Source: Isurus oxyrinchus (taxonomy: Eukaryota). Taken from it: a DNA stretch of 64,000 bases. Positions 11,028-23,739 of the stretch are shown piece after piece. The DNA is taken from contig JANJGN010000034.1 in NCBI GenBank assembly GCA_026770705.1, positions 5,022,001 to 5,086,000 of the forward strand, given 5' to 3'. The position numbers and the translations under genes were made by a program. The notes beneath the pieces are model-generated. The model saw nothing but the letters and a program-made list of their open reading frames with translations, searched no databases and was not told the DNA's origin. Position 1 is the stretch's first letter. The number at the start of each line of letters is the position of its first letter.

Positions 11028-14000
11028 GTAAGTGAAACTGCAAGTTTTCCCTGATCTAGCTAATATGTGCGACACACTAGCATTAATGGAATAATTATGC
11101 AACTTGGAAAAATTAACGCCCCAATTTCTACCCTTCTAAAAAAGTAAAGCTTATTCATTAATTGGCTCCTAAAAGAAGGTCCAGATTTTTCATGTCACGA
11201 CCTCATAAAAGGCCAAGTTGCTTACTACTGAACTTTACATGTGACAAGGTCGTTCTTGTTTGATATTATTTAGCAATCATAACGTTTTGTTCATGTATTT
11301 TCTATATAGTGCTTCACTGATACGCAAAAACTGCTGCAACATGGGCCTGCAATTAATTGGGCGGGCAACCAATAAGCTTCACGTTTCTCAAGAGACTGAA
11401 ATTTGACACTGCTGCTGATTGTCCCGTTCATTGACATAATTGGGATCCATAAGGGGTATTTTATAAAACCTCAATTATTTTACTTACATGGACTTGCATA
11501 GAGGGGACATAATCTGAAACCTGCAGGTGAGAGGAACATTGAAAAAAGCAATATATCGTGGGGTTCATAGCAGAAGGTTGGAGAAACTACTGTGGAGAAA
11601 GCTGAAGAGGGTTTAAAATTGGAAATTACATATGGGAAATTACTAGTAACATTTGAAATGTGAAATGATGTGTTTCTTTCCTGTATCATTTTAAATGTGA
11701 CCTCTTTGTCTCCTTCAGCATAACTGCAGCTTTAAAATATTTATGAACCCCGCTCCTCTATTTTACTTTAACAACGAAAGTAATAAATACAAAATTAAGA
11801 GAGTTATCTAACTGGCCAGTGACTCCATTTTGACCTATTGAAAAGGACTGGTGCAGTTTACTCTTGGTACAATTATATTCGCTCTAATTTAAATCAGATC
11901 AAATAACTAGGAAACGCTGTTTTATATTTAAAAAAAATGTCTTAATAAAATAGGCTACTGGCCTTACACCCTGCTGCATTTTGTTTTCTTTTCAAGGTCA
12001 TGTGACATAATATTGAACAGGGCTGTAAGGAATGCAATCAGAAGCTCCAGCCGAAAGATTTTTCGGCGACATTTATTTCTTTGTCTTCAGCTCCATGGTA
12101 CACAATGCTGAAATGCAGTAATGTATGAATGAGGCTGTGCCAGTTTTTTTTTATTCCTGAAAGCTGGGATTGAGTGACTGCCTGTGCCACACTGTTACCT
12201 CAGCCAATGGTAATTTGTTTGAACACTCTTAAGTTTTTCGGTATACAGAGAAGAGACAAACCAAAGTTTACAGTATGATAACCTGATGAATGGATGAACA
12301 TTGAAACTGTATGAATTGCAGAAACAGTGTGCAAATACTTTGAGACAGTAGTGCAACTCGACCAAAAGGAACACACCAACAAGTTACAGATCATTGTGCA
12401 AACAAAAATAAAAATACTTTGCACACATCATCCACAGCAAATTGTGAATAGCCCACGACATTGTTAATCACGTTCTTCAGGTTTGATTCAGGAACTGAGC
12501 CCTTTTAAATTTGGGTGGCTTTCTTTGTGACTTTCTTGAATATATTTCAACAATGCTCTGCCATCTCTTTGAAAGCCGTATACAGATATATCAAAACAAT
12601 CAAAACATTGCCATTGCCATTATTTCCTACAATACCTCACACCACCCTGATCGGTAACCTTACAGAAAATGTAAAAAAACTCATACATGTTCGTAAACAA
12701 GGAAACATTCTTCTTAAATTTTTTTTTTGGAAACGAATGGCTTTAAGGCAATTGCTCTCCTACATACAGCTGTTATGTCATCTGGATTTGATAACTCAGT
12801 TATTGTAGTACCCTTTACAGAAGAAAAACTGCTGTCCTTACCCTTGCCTTTTCAAAAGTGACAGCAAATCTCCAAAAGCATGGTTCTATCTTAACTGTCG
12901 TCAGGAATTGACTAGCAAGCCATGCAATTCAACGCCAATTAATGATGATCAGCAAATGCCTTCCTAGCCCTGCCCACATTACATCAGGGAATACATGAAT
13001 GCAATAATAAGTTTTATTGTGACAGCAACCACAGAAACGGACATCTGATGCCATCCATTTAAGTTTCGTAATTTTCAGATGCCCGATTAGCAAGGAGAGT
13101 TATAAGTGATAACACATTCTTTAACACAATATTTGCGTTAAAATGTTATTCAGGCACAATCGTAAAACGTGGGAAATACCATCCCGTTAAAAATATTCCA
13201 GTGTAAGTTCCAAAGAGATGGCTTTATCAATTTTGTATCCGAAATGTCAGAGGTGTTGTGATAAATTAGTCATTATCATTTTTAAGAATGAAGTTTTTGC
13301 AGTTGGGTTCTTATGAAACTGACGCAGAAGCAAAATAAAAGTGGACTACAAACATACGCACACACAAGTTATTAGCTCAAAGGTTACTTTGAGGAAACAA
13401 GTTTTTCATTTTTGTGACATTATTTCTACATGCCTTGCTCTCCGACTGATAGATGTGTGAATATGCTCTGTGCATCTAGCTCCCAGAAACTATCATAACC
13501 CTAAGTATCTCCATCAAACGACGAATATTTCCTTCCTGTGGAGCTATGTTGGCTTGTCAGTCCATTCTTTCCTGCTACTTATGATCATTCAGGCTAGCAC
13601 AAACCTCACAAAATAAATCTGAGCAGATTCCTTGCTTCCACACTAAGAGTAGACATGACAGAAATTTGAATCTGTGCAGTTACACGACATTTAGCCAGGA
13701 TAATTGCACACTAATCAGCACTGTATCATGTTTAGAAAAGTTTTTTTGCTTGTGCACCACAGTGTCATGAGAACCAATGGAGAGGCAAAAGGATAGATCC
13801 AGTGTGAAATAGCATACTACCTGTTCGCATAAGTGCACTGGCAATCGGGTGACATTGCAATGCCACGTCAATTTGTACATGTAGCTTTTTGTTATGAATG
13901 CAGTGGACGTCTTATTCCATGTGAAAAGCGAAGCAGATTATCACAACATTTAGAGGTATCATTCTGCTTCAAGGGATTAAAATTCCTGCAATTGTTGTAC

Positions 14001-14100
14001 TAGCAGCATACCAGTGCAATGTTTCGCATCTGCAGTGGTGCAGTCGCAACTGACAACACAAATATGTATGTTTGAAATTGCAACTGTTTTTTTTTTGCAG

Positions 14101-14127
14101 GTTTGGAACGTGTGGCTAGAGATTTAC
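14101..14127 (+). CDS. Microexon E2 (27 nt, phase 1-1); (S)LERVARDL
   Basis: ttttttttttgcag|GTTTGGAACGTGTGGCTAGAGATTTAC|gtaagc; fits the heptad register. Confidence 0.8.
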
Positions 14128-15479
14128 GTAAGCGTTTTAGACAGTGCAAAGCTGAATTCCCACACAGACGCAAAGACATATATATTTTTTTCAAAGCAGG
14201 TGCTTCCAGACCTGCTGCGTTTATTCCAGAAATATCTCATGTCTATCAACATCTTCAATATTTTACGTATATTGCAATGCATCAATTAGTATAAAATCAA
14301 ATAGATATTTTCAATGATATCAAATAAGCTATCCAAAATGCAGACTTAGGAGAAAGTTATTGCAATCTGAGAAAAAAAAATACATCAATTTACATGTTGA
14401 AAAGTCATGTAATTCAGCATTAACATTGATTAGTAAAAATCAAGAACGTGCTTTAAAAACTCATTTGCTCAGGAAGCATATGTCCACAGCGGTGCAGATT
14501 TAACATGTCATATTTAGCAACTTTCATTATATACAGCCAATGTCAGAAACGTGGCAAGATATTTAGGAAGTGAGATTCAGCGAAATTACTACATCATTAT
14601 TAATAATAATACTAATAATAATAATTTATTTTGATCAAACGGGAAGCAGGAGATGAATTACGAATCGCAGGGGAGAAAAATGATAAAGCAATGCATTTAG
14701 CTAAACTTTCTAACCAAGTGAAATGCACCTTAACATTCTCTGACAATTTAGCAAACACTCATTGATACGCAGCTGCATAAGAAAGTATGAGGGCAGATAG
14801 CCAATATATTGGTCAAAAAAATATATTTAAATAATGTGTTAATGCAGTACGTGGTAGCAAGTCGGAACTTTAGGAACTTTTTCAGGGACTTTAAAAATTA
14901 GGTAAGTTAAGCTGTAGCCATCAACAAAAGTTTTATTTTAAAATATCGAGACATGCAAGGGATCATATTTAAACATATGGAAATATTTCATATGAATTTA
15001 GGGGCGTATGGAATGTAGAGAAAGAGAGCAGTGAGGCTTAGGAGGGATTAAAACCAAATGATCATATTGAAATTTGGATAGTGCTAAAGAATGGAATGAC
15101 AGAATGACAAAAGCTCCTAAAGTTGGCTTTGGGTTGCATGGTAAGAAATGACATCAAGACTAATCGTTCCATATAATGTATCAGTTATTCATCAGTGCCT
15201 TCTGATGCCGTTCACCTCTCAGATCCACGCTGAACTAAATTTAAATGAAAGGGATTTTTTTGGCATTAAGGTGGGTGACAAATCGAATGACACCATATTG
15301 ATGCACGGCATTAAAAGTGCAAAAAGGACTCCTAAATCCTCATTGCCACTTTAGTTTGAAATCAATTTGATCGGACTTTAAAAAAAGTCAACTCTAAGAG
15401 GATTCAAAATAACTCCGGCAGAATGTTAAGACACTTCAAATGGAGTGAAATTCGTTGGGGAACCAAAACAGGCAGTTTC

Positions 15480-15790
15480 GTATCGGGATGTGGGCGTCAC
15501 AGATAAGGCCGGCATTTATTACTTGTTCAGAAGTCATTTAAGAATCAACCACAGTACTACCGGGTTGGATTACGTGTCGGCCAGACCAGATATGGACGGC
15601 ACATTTCCTTTTCTAATGGGCATTAGTGAACCAGTTGGATCTTTATGACAATTAACAATGGTTAGGTGGCCATCAAACGACTTTTAATTCCATATTTTCG
15701 TGATGGGATTTGATCCCAGGTAGCAAGAGCATTTCCCTAGCTCTCTGGAATACCCACCAAATAGCCACAACGCCACCGCCTCCATTCCTG
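15480..15790 (-). mobile_element. tRNA-derived SINE with LINE-like tail
   Basis: gggatgtgggcgtc...gcatttatt tail, ggcattagtgaaccagttgg core and gggatttgatccc (reverse-complement B-box); related degenerate copies near 12820-12990, 43240-43510, 49450-49770 and 52620-52900. Confidence 0.65.
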
Positions 15791-16227
15791 AGAAGGTATT
15801 AAAACCTTCAGGCTCGCTAGCTGAAACTCATTCCGAAGGAATTATAATATTCAAGTACAAAAACATTTGGAAAACGCTCCCGTGGTCAATTTCTGTGAAC
15901 GGTGATGGGGGATGGGGGTCTTTGATGGAAATTCGCAAGCCAACTATTAGGACAAATGAAATAATTGGTACATGGATCAATGTTCAAGAAGCACAATATG
16001 TGGCAGACAATCGAAGCCAATGATCACCACCGAGTAAATCGTTCCCTAATGTTAGTGGGGGCTAAGGTTTACTTCCAATGATCGTTACTGCGACCCTTTG
16101 CCTTTTTTCACCAGGTAGAAAAAACAAAACATTGTTGTATTTCAAAATAAGCGGCTTTTTATGTAGTGTCTATCTACTCACTTCTAAAACTTTTTTTTTC
16201 TTTCCGGTCAATTCTTAACACTTGCAG

Positions 16228-16233
16228 AAGCAG
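16228..16233 (+). CDS. Microexon E3 (6 nt); (Q)A
   Basis: About 60 nt AG-free pyrimidine-rich tract ...cttgcag|AAGCAG|gtaaat; completes LQADL in the internal repeat. Confidence 0.65.
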
Positions 16234-17039
16234 GTAAATACTTAAAATGTGTTGTTTTAAAATGCACATATATTTTGAAATCAAAATTGTTACAAATGTT
16301 TTGTGATTAAGGAACAAAGTTTGATGTAGGTATATCTTGAATACTTCGTTACCACACGGAGTTCAACATTCCTGACAGACAAAAGCATACATACAGGAAC
16401 ATCACTATTTGCACGCACTTAATATGTTTAACAGAATTGTCTCTTTTGAAAGAATTGGGTGTGGGATTTGGTCCGCCAATGGGAGGAAGGGAAATCTGCT
16501 TATTGTCTTGTCCAAATGACCCACCTTCTGAAATATTACAACACTATTTGACATACCTGGAAGTGTTACCCTAAAAATTGCGCTAAACTTTCAGGAGCCG
16601 GATTAGGACCCACAATCACCCAATCCGAATGATTAATAGTAGCATTGAGGCACACATTTTTAATAAAATCTAGTAATATTTAAGATGGGAGAATAACACA
16701 TAATCTTGCAAGTTTTGTAACTGAGAAGGAACTACACTGAACATCGTAGTGAAATTGTGGTTAGCATTTAAGTGACATTCAAATTCTCGCCTCACCGGGA
16801 CAAGGCATAGTGAAGTTCATTTGTCATTTTCTGTCTTTGTTACTGCCGGGTTTTAAACTCTGCTGTTCCATCCTATTTTAGCGAATGTTCAAGTTATATT
16901 TTTGCTGTTCCGTTTCCAATTGAGTTCATTTGACTAACTGCAAAGGAAGATGAAATTAATATTATGTTAGTTGAGTTTTCCTATATTGGCAGACAGAAAT
17001 ATATTCAAAGTATTCTTTGCTCTGATTGTTACCATTAAG

Positions 17040-17060
17040 ATCTAGATGACTGCAGAAAAC
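17040..17060 (+). CDS. Microexon E4 (21 nt, one heptad); (D)LDDCRK
   Basis: ttctttgctctgattgttaccattaag|ATCTAGATGACTGCAGAAAAC|gtatgg; resembles E8 (ELDTCRS) and E15 (DLKKCKN). Confidence 0.7.
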
Positions 17061-18130
17061 GTATGGAGATTGAAAGTGAGATTACATTTTTCTCTTGTTA
17101 TTTGAAGTATTGAAATAAGTATTGCTAATTAAAAAATACGTTGTTTTATTATTGAAGAAATTTAGCTCCCCTGAATCTGAAATTTGTCTTGCATTATCGT
17201 ACAAAATGTGCATCCCCTTAGTTTTTCCTTCGGTACACTGCACATGTTATTCAATACCATTGCAATGTACTGTAGCATCTCAAGGAACGTTTACCAGCCA
17301 GCCAGCGATGCGAGTTGACAGGCTTAGCGTGACTACCGAAGTTGTTCTATTGCTCCAGCGATACCAAATGCAATTCTGAATTAATATTGGCTCAAATTAC
17401 TGGCATAAGGACATGGCCTGCGAGAAAGAAAATGCAATGAAAAATGCAATTACACGTCGGCTTGAAGAGAAAAAAAATACGAGGAACCCGATCAGTCGCA
17501 CGACACACAAACTCCTTCCGATATTCAGTCCACTAAAAATATAACATGCACAGTTTGCTGCATGCAATATCAAATTTGCCCCATCCACTTATATGAATAT
17601 ACACCTGAAAGTATCGTCTTGTAAGAGATATAAGTTGAAGTTTTACTGCGGTAAATGTACGAAGCATTCCTCTTAATTTTGTTAACATGGAAAAAAGATG
17701 TAAATTAAAACATTTAATTCTGATTTAAAAAGACACGGAAACACGTTTGCTCAAAAGGAGAGCACTTGCAGGTTTTAGTTGATGCAATTGATTATGTTTA
17801 ACAACTGATAACTTATTTGTGCATATTACCGCCAACAGTGGACACGGTGAAGCAAAAGGACTTCGGTAGGAACAAATATATTTACCACACATTTTAGTTT
17901 GGTATCGCCCCTTTAAGACAAAAGCATCGACCTTTTTACATGTACCACAGTCACGTTTAATCATTAAGTTAAAGCTGGGATTTGCTTTGGGTGTTCCGCA
18001 GGTTGCCACCTAAACTTCGGAAGAGGTCTTTTACTGGATACTTTCCATGATTAATTCTTTGATTCAATTATTACCTGGAGATGCTATTAAATAATTGGGA
18101 TTTATTTTACCAACTGTCAATTACTGTAAG

Positions 18131-18136
18131 AACTGG
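18131..18136 (+). CDS. Microexon E5 (6 nt); (Q)L
   Basis: About 50 nt AG-free zone ...ttactgtaag|AACTGG|gtgagt; consensus donor; places Leu at the same repeat position as in E8. Confidence 0.6.
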
Positions 18137-18520
18137 GTGAGTACGCGACAGGCATAGTTTCTGAAAACAGATTAAGCATTCAAAAACACCGAATGTGTTG
18201 CATTGCCCAACTCTCCACTAACTGCCTGATTATTCTGTTTGTATTTCTTGTTTGCCTTCCGATTAAACATCAAAGGGGATCATAAATGTCGTCCTGGAGA
18301 AAATACAAACAAAGAATTTTGCAAATATGATTCGAGCCCAAAGAAGCTTTTTATTCAAATAGCTTCGATGCCTGACTTTAATGACTTTCTGGCATCGTCG
18401 AATTAAAGTTTAATTGAATTTATTGAAATCACGAGCAGCAGCAAAATGGGACAGTGACACAATCAGCGACCAACAGTTAATACAAAAACATATGCCTGGA
18501 GTGGATGCAGAGTAAACAAT

Positions 18521-18527
18521 ATTATTG

Positions 18528-18563
<36 letters not shown>
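18521..18563. repeat. (ATT)n microsatellite
   Basis: Directly visible; source of the poly-N run in ORF 18410-18661. Confidence 0.95.
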
Positions 18564-18564
<1 letters not shown>

Positions 18565-18978
18565 TAGATATACCTTGAGTTGATGCTATTAGTATCTGGC
18601 ATTTAACAATCTGGCTTTTATGTCCTTCAGCACTTAGTGCTTGCACATGTGTAGTTTTCATCCAAGAAGCATTGCTGAATATTATTTAAGTACCAACCCA
18701 GAGTTCATACTGTGAGCTTGTATTTTGAAACTAACTGATCCTGGAAGATAATGTTCAACTTAGAAGTGAAATAATTAATCAGCTGTGGAATGCTGCTAGA
18801 CTTAATAAGTAAGGCATTTCTTGCCCTTCTCTGAACTGCTATCATGGGGTTCTAAGAAACACAAGGTCAATATTAGTAACTTATTTTCCTTTTTCCAATG
18901 CAGATTGCATGACATGGATAGATTCCGGCAGAGAAGAAAATATACTTGCTGAAATTGATTTGTTTTTTTCTCCTCCAG

Positions 18979-19014
18979 TGATCCATGGACTTCAAACTGA
19001 TATAAAGAACTTGC
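18979..19014 (+). CDS. Exon E6 (36 nt); (V)IHGLQTDIKNL
   Basis: ttttttctcctccag|TGATCC...AACTTGC|gtaaga; only phase 1 is open (phases 0 and 2 contain TGA). Confidence 0.85.
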
Positions 19015-19589
19015 GTAAGATCCAAGCTCTTAGCAGTTGGTTTGAAGCTTTGTCAACTCCATATTACATCCATTCAAAACTACAGAAACAACGTCTATTG
19101 CCTTGAGTTATGAAAACTAAAGCTGTTATCAACGATATGGTCGTGCATTTCTTTCAGGGAAGTGATATATTTCTAGGTACCTCAACAGTTGCTGGGAAAT
19201 GCATAACATTTCTTGCAGTTGTAGGGATTTCATGGCAAAATGTTGCAAGCTGTTTCACACAGAATCAACGAAACTGAGCCTTGAATTGAAGGGACCTGTG
19301 GTGGTTGTGTAATTGGGGGTTGCGTATGGAAATTCGTTTCCAATTATCTCATCCAGTGCAATAAGCCTCGCATTGATTTCCATGGAATTGAGACTGACTG
19401 CTTAAAGTTCGCTTGTTAATCAATTATGCATGCAGAAATTCAACCTCCCTCCACAACTGAAGCATTCTGAGCTATTAGCAAACGTAGGAAAATGCTTTGC
19501 CTATTAAATGGTCATAATTCATTACAAACCCGGTAGGTTCAAACAAAAATATAAACATATATTTCAGTGCCAACTGCATTATGTGTGCT

Positions 19590-19760
19590 GGAGTGGACCC
19601 TGCATGGTGAGCACTACAGTGTACCTCAAAGCGGGTATCACTGGTAGCAGTTGTGTACTGCACTGCCCCCAATCTGTTACCAACAAGGGGAGTGTGGTGC
19701 TTGGATGAAGAGGATATTCACACAGTTCCTAAGGCCTTTATGGATGAATCCAGTAGGTAC
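19590..19760 (+). pseudogene. C-terminal remnant of HARBI1-like Harbinger transposase (element 1)
   Basis: VDPAW*ALQCTSKRVSLVAVVYCTAPNLLPTRG resembles LDRSGGALQYxPxRVSxIVVxCCxLHNL. Confidence 0.6.
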
Positions 19761-20319
19761 TCAGCAGGTAATCACATTGAGTGGAATGCTGAGGGAATGT
19801 ACACTTACCCGTGTGTATCCTTCAGGAAGACAGAGACACGAGGAATGCCTGGATCTAATGTTCATTCAGACTGGCTGCCAAAGCTCTACTTCCAACTCGT
19901 GCCAGGGCTGTTGGCTCTATCCTGCAATTCAGAAATGGCATGTCCATTTGACCACAATAAGTATATAAACTGATATGGCCTTACTTCCAAGATCAGTGAA
20001 AATTTACCAATCAATATGCAACAGAAGATCACCTGTCACCATTCCCTCTTATGCACAAGACACTTAAGCTTTCTTTTGTGTCTGCTATGTTCTGGCCCCT
20101 CGCTGGTAGTGGCATTGGCGGCGGCCTGCTAACTCTGATGTCCTCTTGGCCTTCATGACCTTCGCTGTCACCCTTTGGCCTGAGGAGCTGTGCTGACCCT
20201 GCATGGGAGGCAGCGGTCCGTTCAATTCCTGGCATCTCCCCCGCATCGCTGCTATATCAGATGAAATGGTCGCTTTAGGAGTGGCTTAGGAGCAGTTCGT
20301 CTTTATTCTTTGACAATAT

Positions 20320-21450
20320 GTGGGGTTCGATGGCTGAGCCTGCATTTATTGCCCATCTCTAGTTGCCCTTAAGAAGTTGGTTGTGAGCTGTATTATTGAG
20401 CAACTGCCGTGAATGTGCAGACAAGTAAACAGATGGTGCTGTTAAATAAGGAGTTCCTGGATTTTGACCCAGCTATAGTGAAGGAAATCCAAAATATTTC
20501 CAAGTCAGGATGTTCAGTCATTTGGAGGCTAAACGCCAAGAGGTGGTGTTCCAATCTATCCGATGCCCTTTTTATTCTAGGTGGTAGAGGTAGTGGGTTT
20601 GGAATGTGGCCTCACTGTTGCAATTACCAATTCATGCAAGGCATCTTGTTGATTATATACACTGTTGCCACTGTGCCACGGTGGTTCAGGGAGTCAATGT
20701 TTGTGGATGTTTTGCCAATCAAGTGGGGCGTCTTATCCTGGATAGTGTTCAGCTTCGTGAATACTGTGGGCGCTGCATACATCCAGATAAGTGGGGAGTA
20801 TCCCATTACATTCATGGTAGATATATGACTGGATTAGAGGAGTCTGGAAACTAATAAATCATCGCAGAATTCCTAGCCACTGGCCCACTCTTGTAGTCAC
20901 ATCATTTATGTGGTTAGTTAAGTTAACTTTCTGTTAATTGGCAATCAGAGGATGTTGATTCACTATTTGTTATACCATCGAACTTGAAGGGAAGCTCATT
21001 GGATCCTGTCTTATTGGAGATGGTCATTGCATGACACATGTAGAGCTAATATTGCTTGCAAGTTATCAGACAAACCTGGATATTGGCAAAGCCTTACTGC
21101 AATTGGACATGGACTTCGTCAGGATCTTAGAGTCGCGAATGCTGCTGAATATTGTGCAATCATCAGTGAACATCCCAACTTCTGACTTTATGCTGGAAGG
21201 AAGGTCATTAATGAAGCAACTGCAGATGGTTGTGCCGAGGGTACTAGAATGAAAAATTGTTTCAGAGGTGCCCTTGAACTGAGATTTCTGAACTCCAACA
21301 ACAACAATTATCTTATTTTGTGCTTGATATGAATCTAACCAGCGAATGTTCTTCCCCTGACAACATTGACTTCAGTCTTGCTAGTGCTCTTTGTTGCCAC
21401 ACAAAGCATGTATGAGGACTTGAAGTCATGCGCAATAACTCTCGCTTCAG
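20320..21450 (-). mobile_element. LINE (CR1/L2 group) RT C-terminus and 3' end, inserted in Harbinger element 1
   Basis: ORF 20624-20815 VMGYSPLIWMYAAPT...LNTIQDK...SLNHRGTVA; tail gcatttattgcccatctctagttgccctt. Confidence 0.8.
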
Positions 21451-21599
21451 CATCATCCAGAGCGATGTGATTGGAGCCTGGAGAGACGTCAAGCAGCTTG
21501 TATGCCAGTGTCAGAATTCTCTTGACCTCGCTATATGCCATTGATGGATGGAAACCTCGCTCCAAAACTGGGTACTTCATCCGTCTCCCAAAATATTAT

Positions 21600-23040
21600 T
21601 GGCCACGTGAGTTTAATGCCTATGTTTGCTATTGGAGATCCGAGAACAACACCAGTAGCCCTTGATTCTTTTCACGGAGACGCCTCTCCATGAGAGTGTC
21701 CACTCTTTCAATGTTGGAGGCAATGCTTTCATCCAAGATGTTCAACACAGTTCTTATGCTCCACATGGATTGCTCCAAAACAGGGATAATTGCATGCATA
21801 CCCTGATGAAAATCCGCCAAATGCTCTGAAAAGTCAAGCTGGAAATCAAACATCTGGCGCCTAATGGGCAACTCCAGAGTGACATCATTTGTCCTTGACT
21901 CAGCATTTCCCTGGACTGCAACAGTCCTCCCACCACTGGCACCATGGGCATTCTCTGCCTCGACCTGCTCAAGAAATGAGTGTGAAGTCATGTCACTGCT
22001 CTGGTTCAACATTGTGTCACGGGATCTAACAACCACTGAGGTTTTGTTTTCTGCCTAGGTGCCTTCTTCAGAGAGTGGGTGCGAAGCAGGTGCATGTAAA
22101 GTCTAGTGATCCATTGGCATCTGGCTTGGCTCACTTGTATCCTCCTTTTGATTACGTGTAAGGGAGAGTAACAATGTTTCAATCATTTAAATAATCACAC
22201 TGTCACTGTGCATGCCAGGCAGCCTGGTCAGACAATGGAGATCTACATCATGACACACTCGCCTTTAAATAATTACGGGAAATTTAGTTATGAGGGTCCA
22301 ATCAATAATGAAATGAAACAAGATTTTTTGCACCATCCGAAATTCTCACTTCTGTGCATTTCATTCTTACCTTCATCTGAAACCCCTGCATCTTCGCTGT
22401 CGGTTGGCTGAGCTGTGAAACACTTCTCCAGGTCCAAAGTCTCGTTCTCATATATGGATACAATAATGAATTTGGTATTTTCCTGCCTGTCTGTGCCCGT
22501 AAATTTTGTTATGAGCCGCCATGTCCTGAAAGGACAGATAGCATCATTATACCACGCTTTACCTGCAGTACCATTGTCATCAACCCTAAGGATCTGGATG
22601 AACAGCTTGAAGTTTAAAACTAAGCCAAAGCCCTCGAGCGGCATGACTGTCAATCCAACCATTCAGGGCCCATCCGCGTGACCATCTCCACGTCATTGAC
22701 TGTTAGTGCTCGGAGCCTAACACCTCTGAGTTCTCCGGTTTCCAGGGCGGGGACGTAGGGTGGGAGCCCTTAATTCTTCAACAGGTTGATCCAATGCAAC
22801 ACGGTAGTCATTCTTCTCGAGTGCAACAGTTTGTGAACAGTATTTTGGCAACGCACCGATGTGCAATGCACAAAGTTTTAGCTCCTGACCTTAGCTAGCA
22901 ACTCCTCCAAAGCTCCGTTTACCTGTAGCTGTGGTCTTCTCCTTCAATTTCTAGGGATCAGGGTGTCTGTCCTGACAGCCAACTCCTCCAGTAGGACCAC
23001 GACATATTCTTCTGAAAAGTGGGGTCGAGGGGCCACACAG
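21600..23040 (-). pseudogene. Harbinger Myb/SANT-like accessory gene remnant (element 1)
   Basis: 22830-23035 reads APRPHFSEEYVVVLLEELAVRTDTLIP...VRCQNTVHKL (Myb/SANT-like pattern); ORF 21629-22036 gives a helical C-terminal part similar to 25790-26000. Confidence 0.65.
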
Positions 23041-23739
23041 CCTGCCCTCCCACCTGGCGTCTGCAGCTGCACTTTAAGCCATAGCTTTGATGTTCAGAAC
23101 GTTGCAAATGGATTCTTGCATTGCAGATTTCAAGGAGCTGCCGACGTCAATTTTTAAGCGGCTGCCGCGTTGCCTTTGGAATGGATAATTAGGCAGATGT
23201 GTTTCACGCTGGGCCAGCCAGCATTAAAACGTGGTCATGGGCTGACTGCCGATGGCAGCCTGTTAACTAATCACGCCCCATCACCAAATGAAATATTCAT
23301 TCCAAAGCTTATTTTTCTTTATGGACAGACTTTTTAGGGCATTTTTTTTACGAAATAAAGCTAAGGCAGAGTCTCAGCCTTGCTGTTGGGAGTGCGGATT
23401 TAAGTGGTTCTTACAGGATTTGCGATTTCATTTTTTCTCATTAAGAGAGGATTTCAGGATCCTCCACCCTCCCATTCTATCCTGGATGACTGTTGCTATC
23501 TCTCTGATATGGAGCGGGATTTGTGGGGTCATTGGGGGGCACTACGTGCAGTGACATGGAGCGTATGATTACGAGGGTAAGAGGGATAAGAGGGCTGGCA
23601 GGAGCTGGCGATCAGCGGGAGGCCCTGGGAGAACTGGCTACTCTGGGAGTGGGTAGGATTGCATAGGGTCCCGATGATCAGGTAGAGCTGGAGAGGCCCT
23701 TCCCAGGCAAAAAAAAAAATGATGCACAATCAACGGTTT

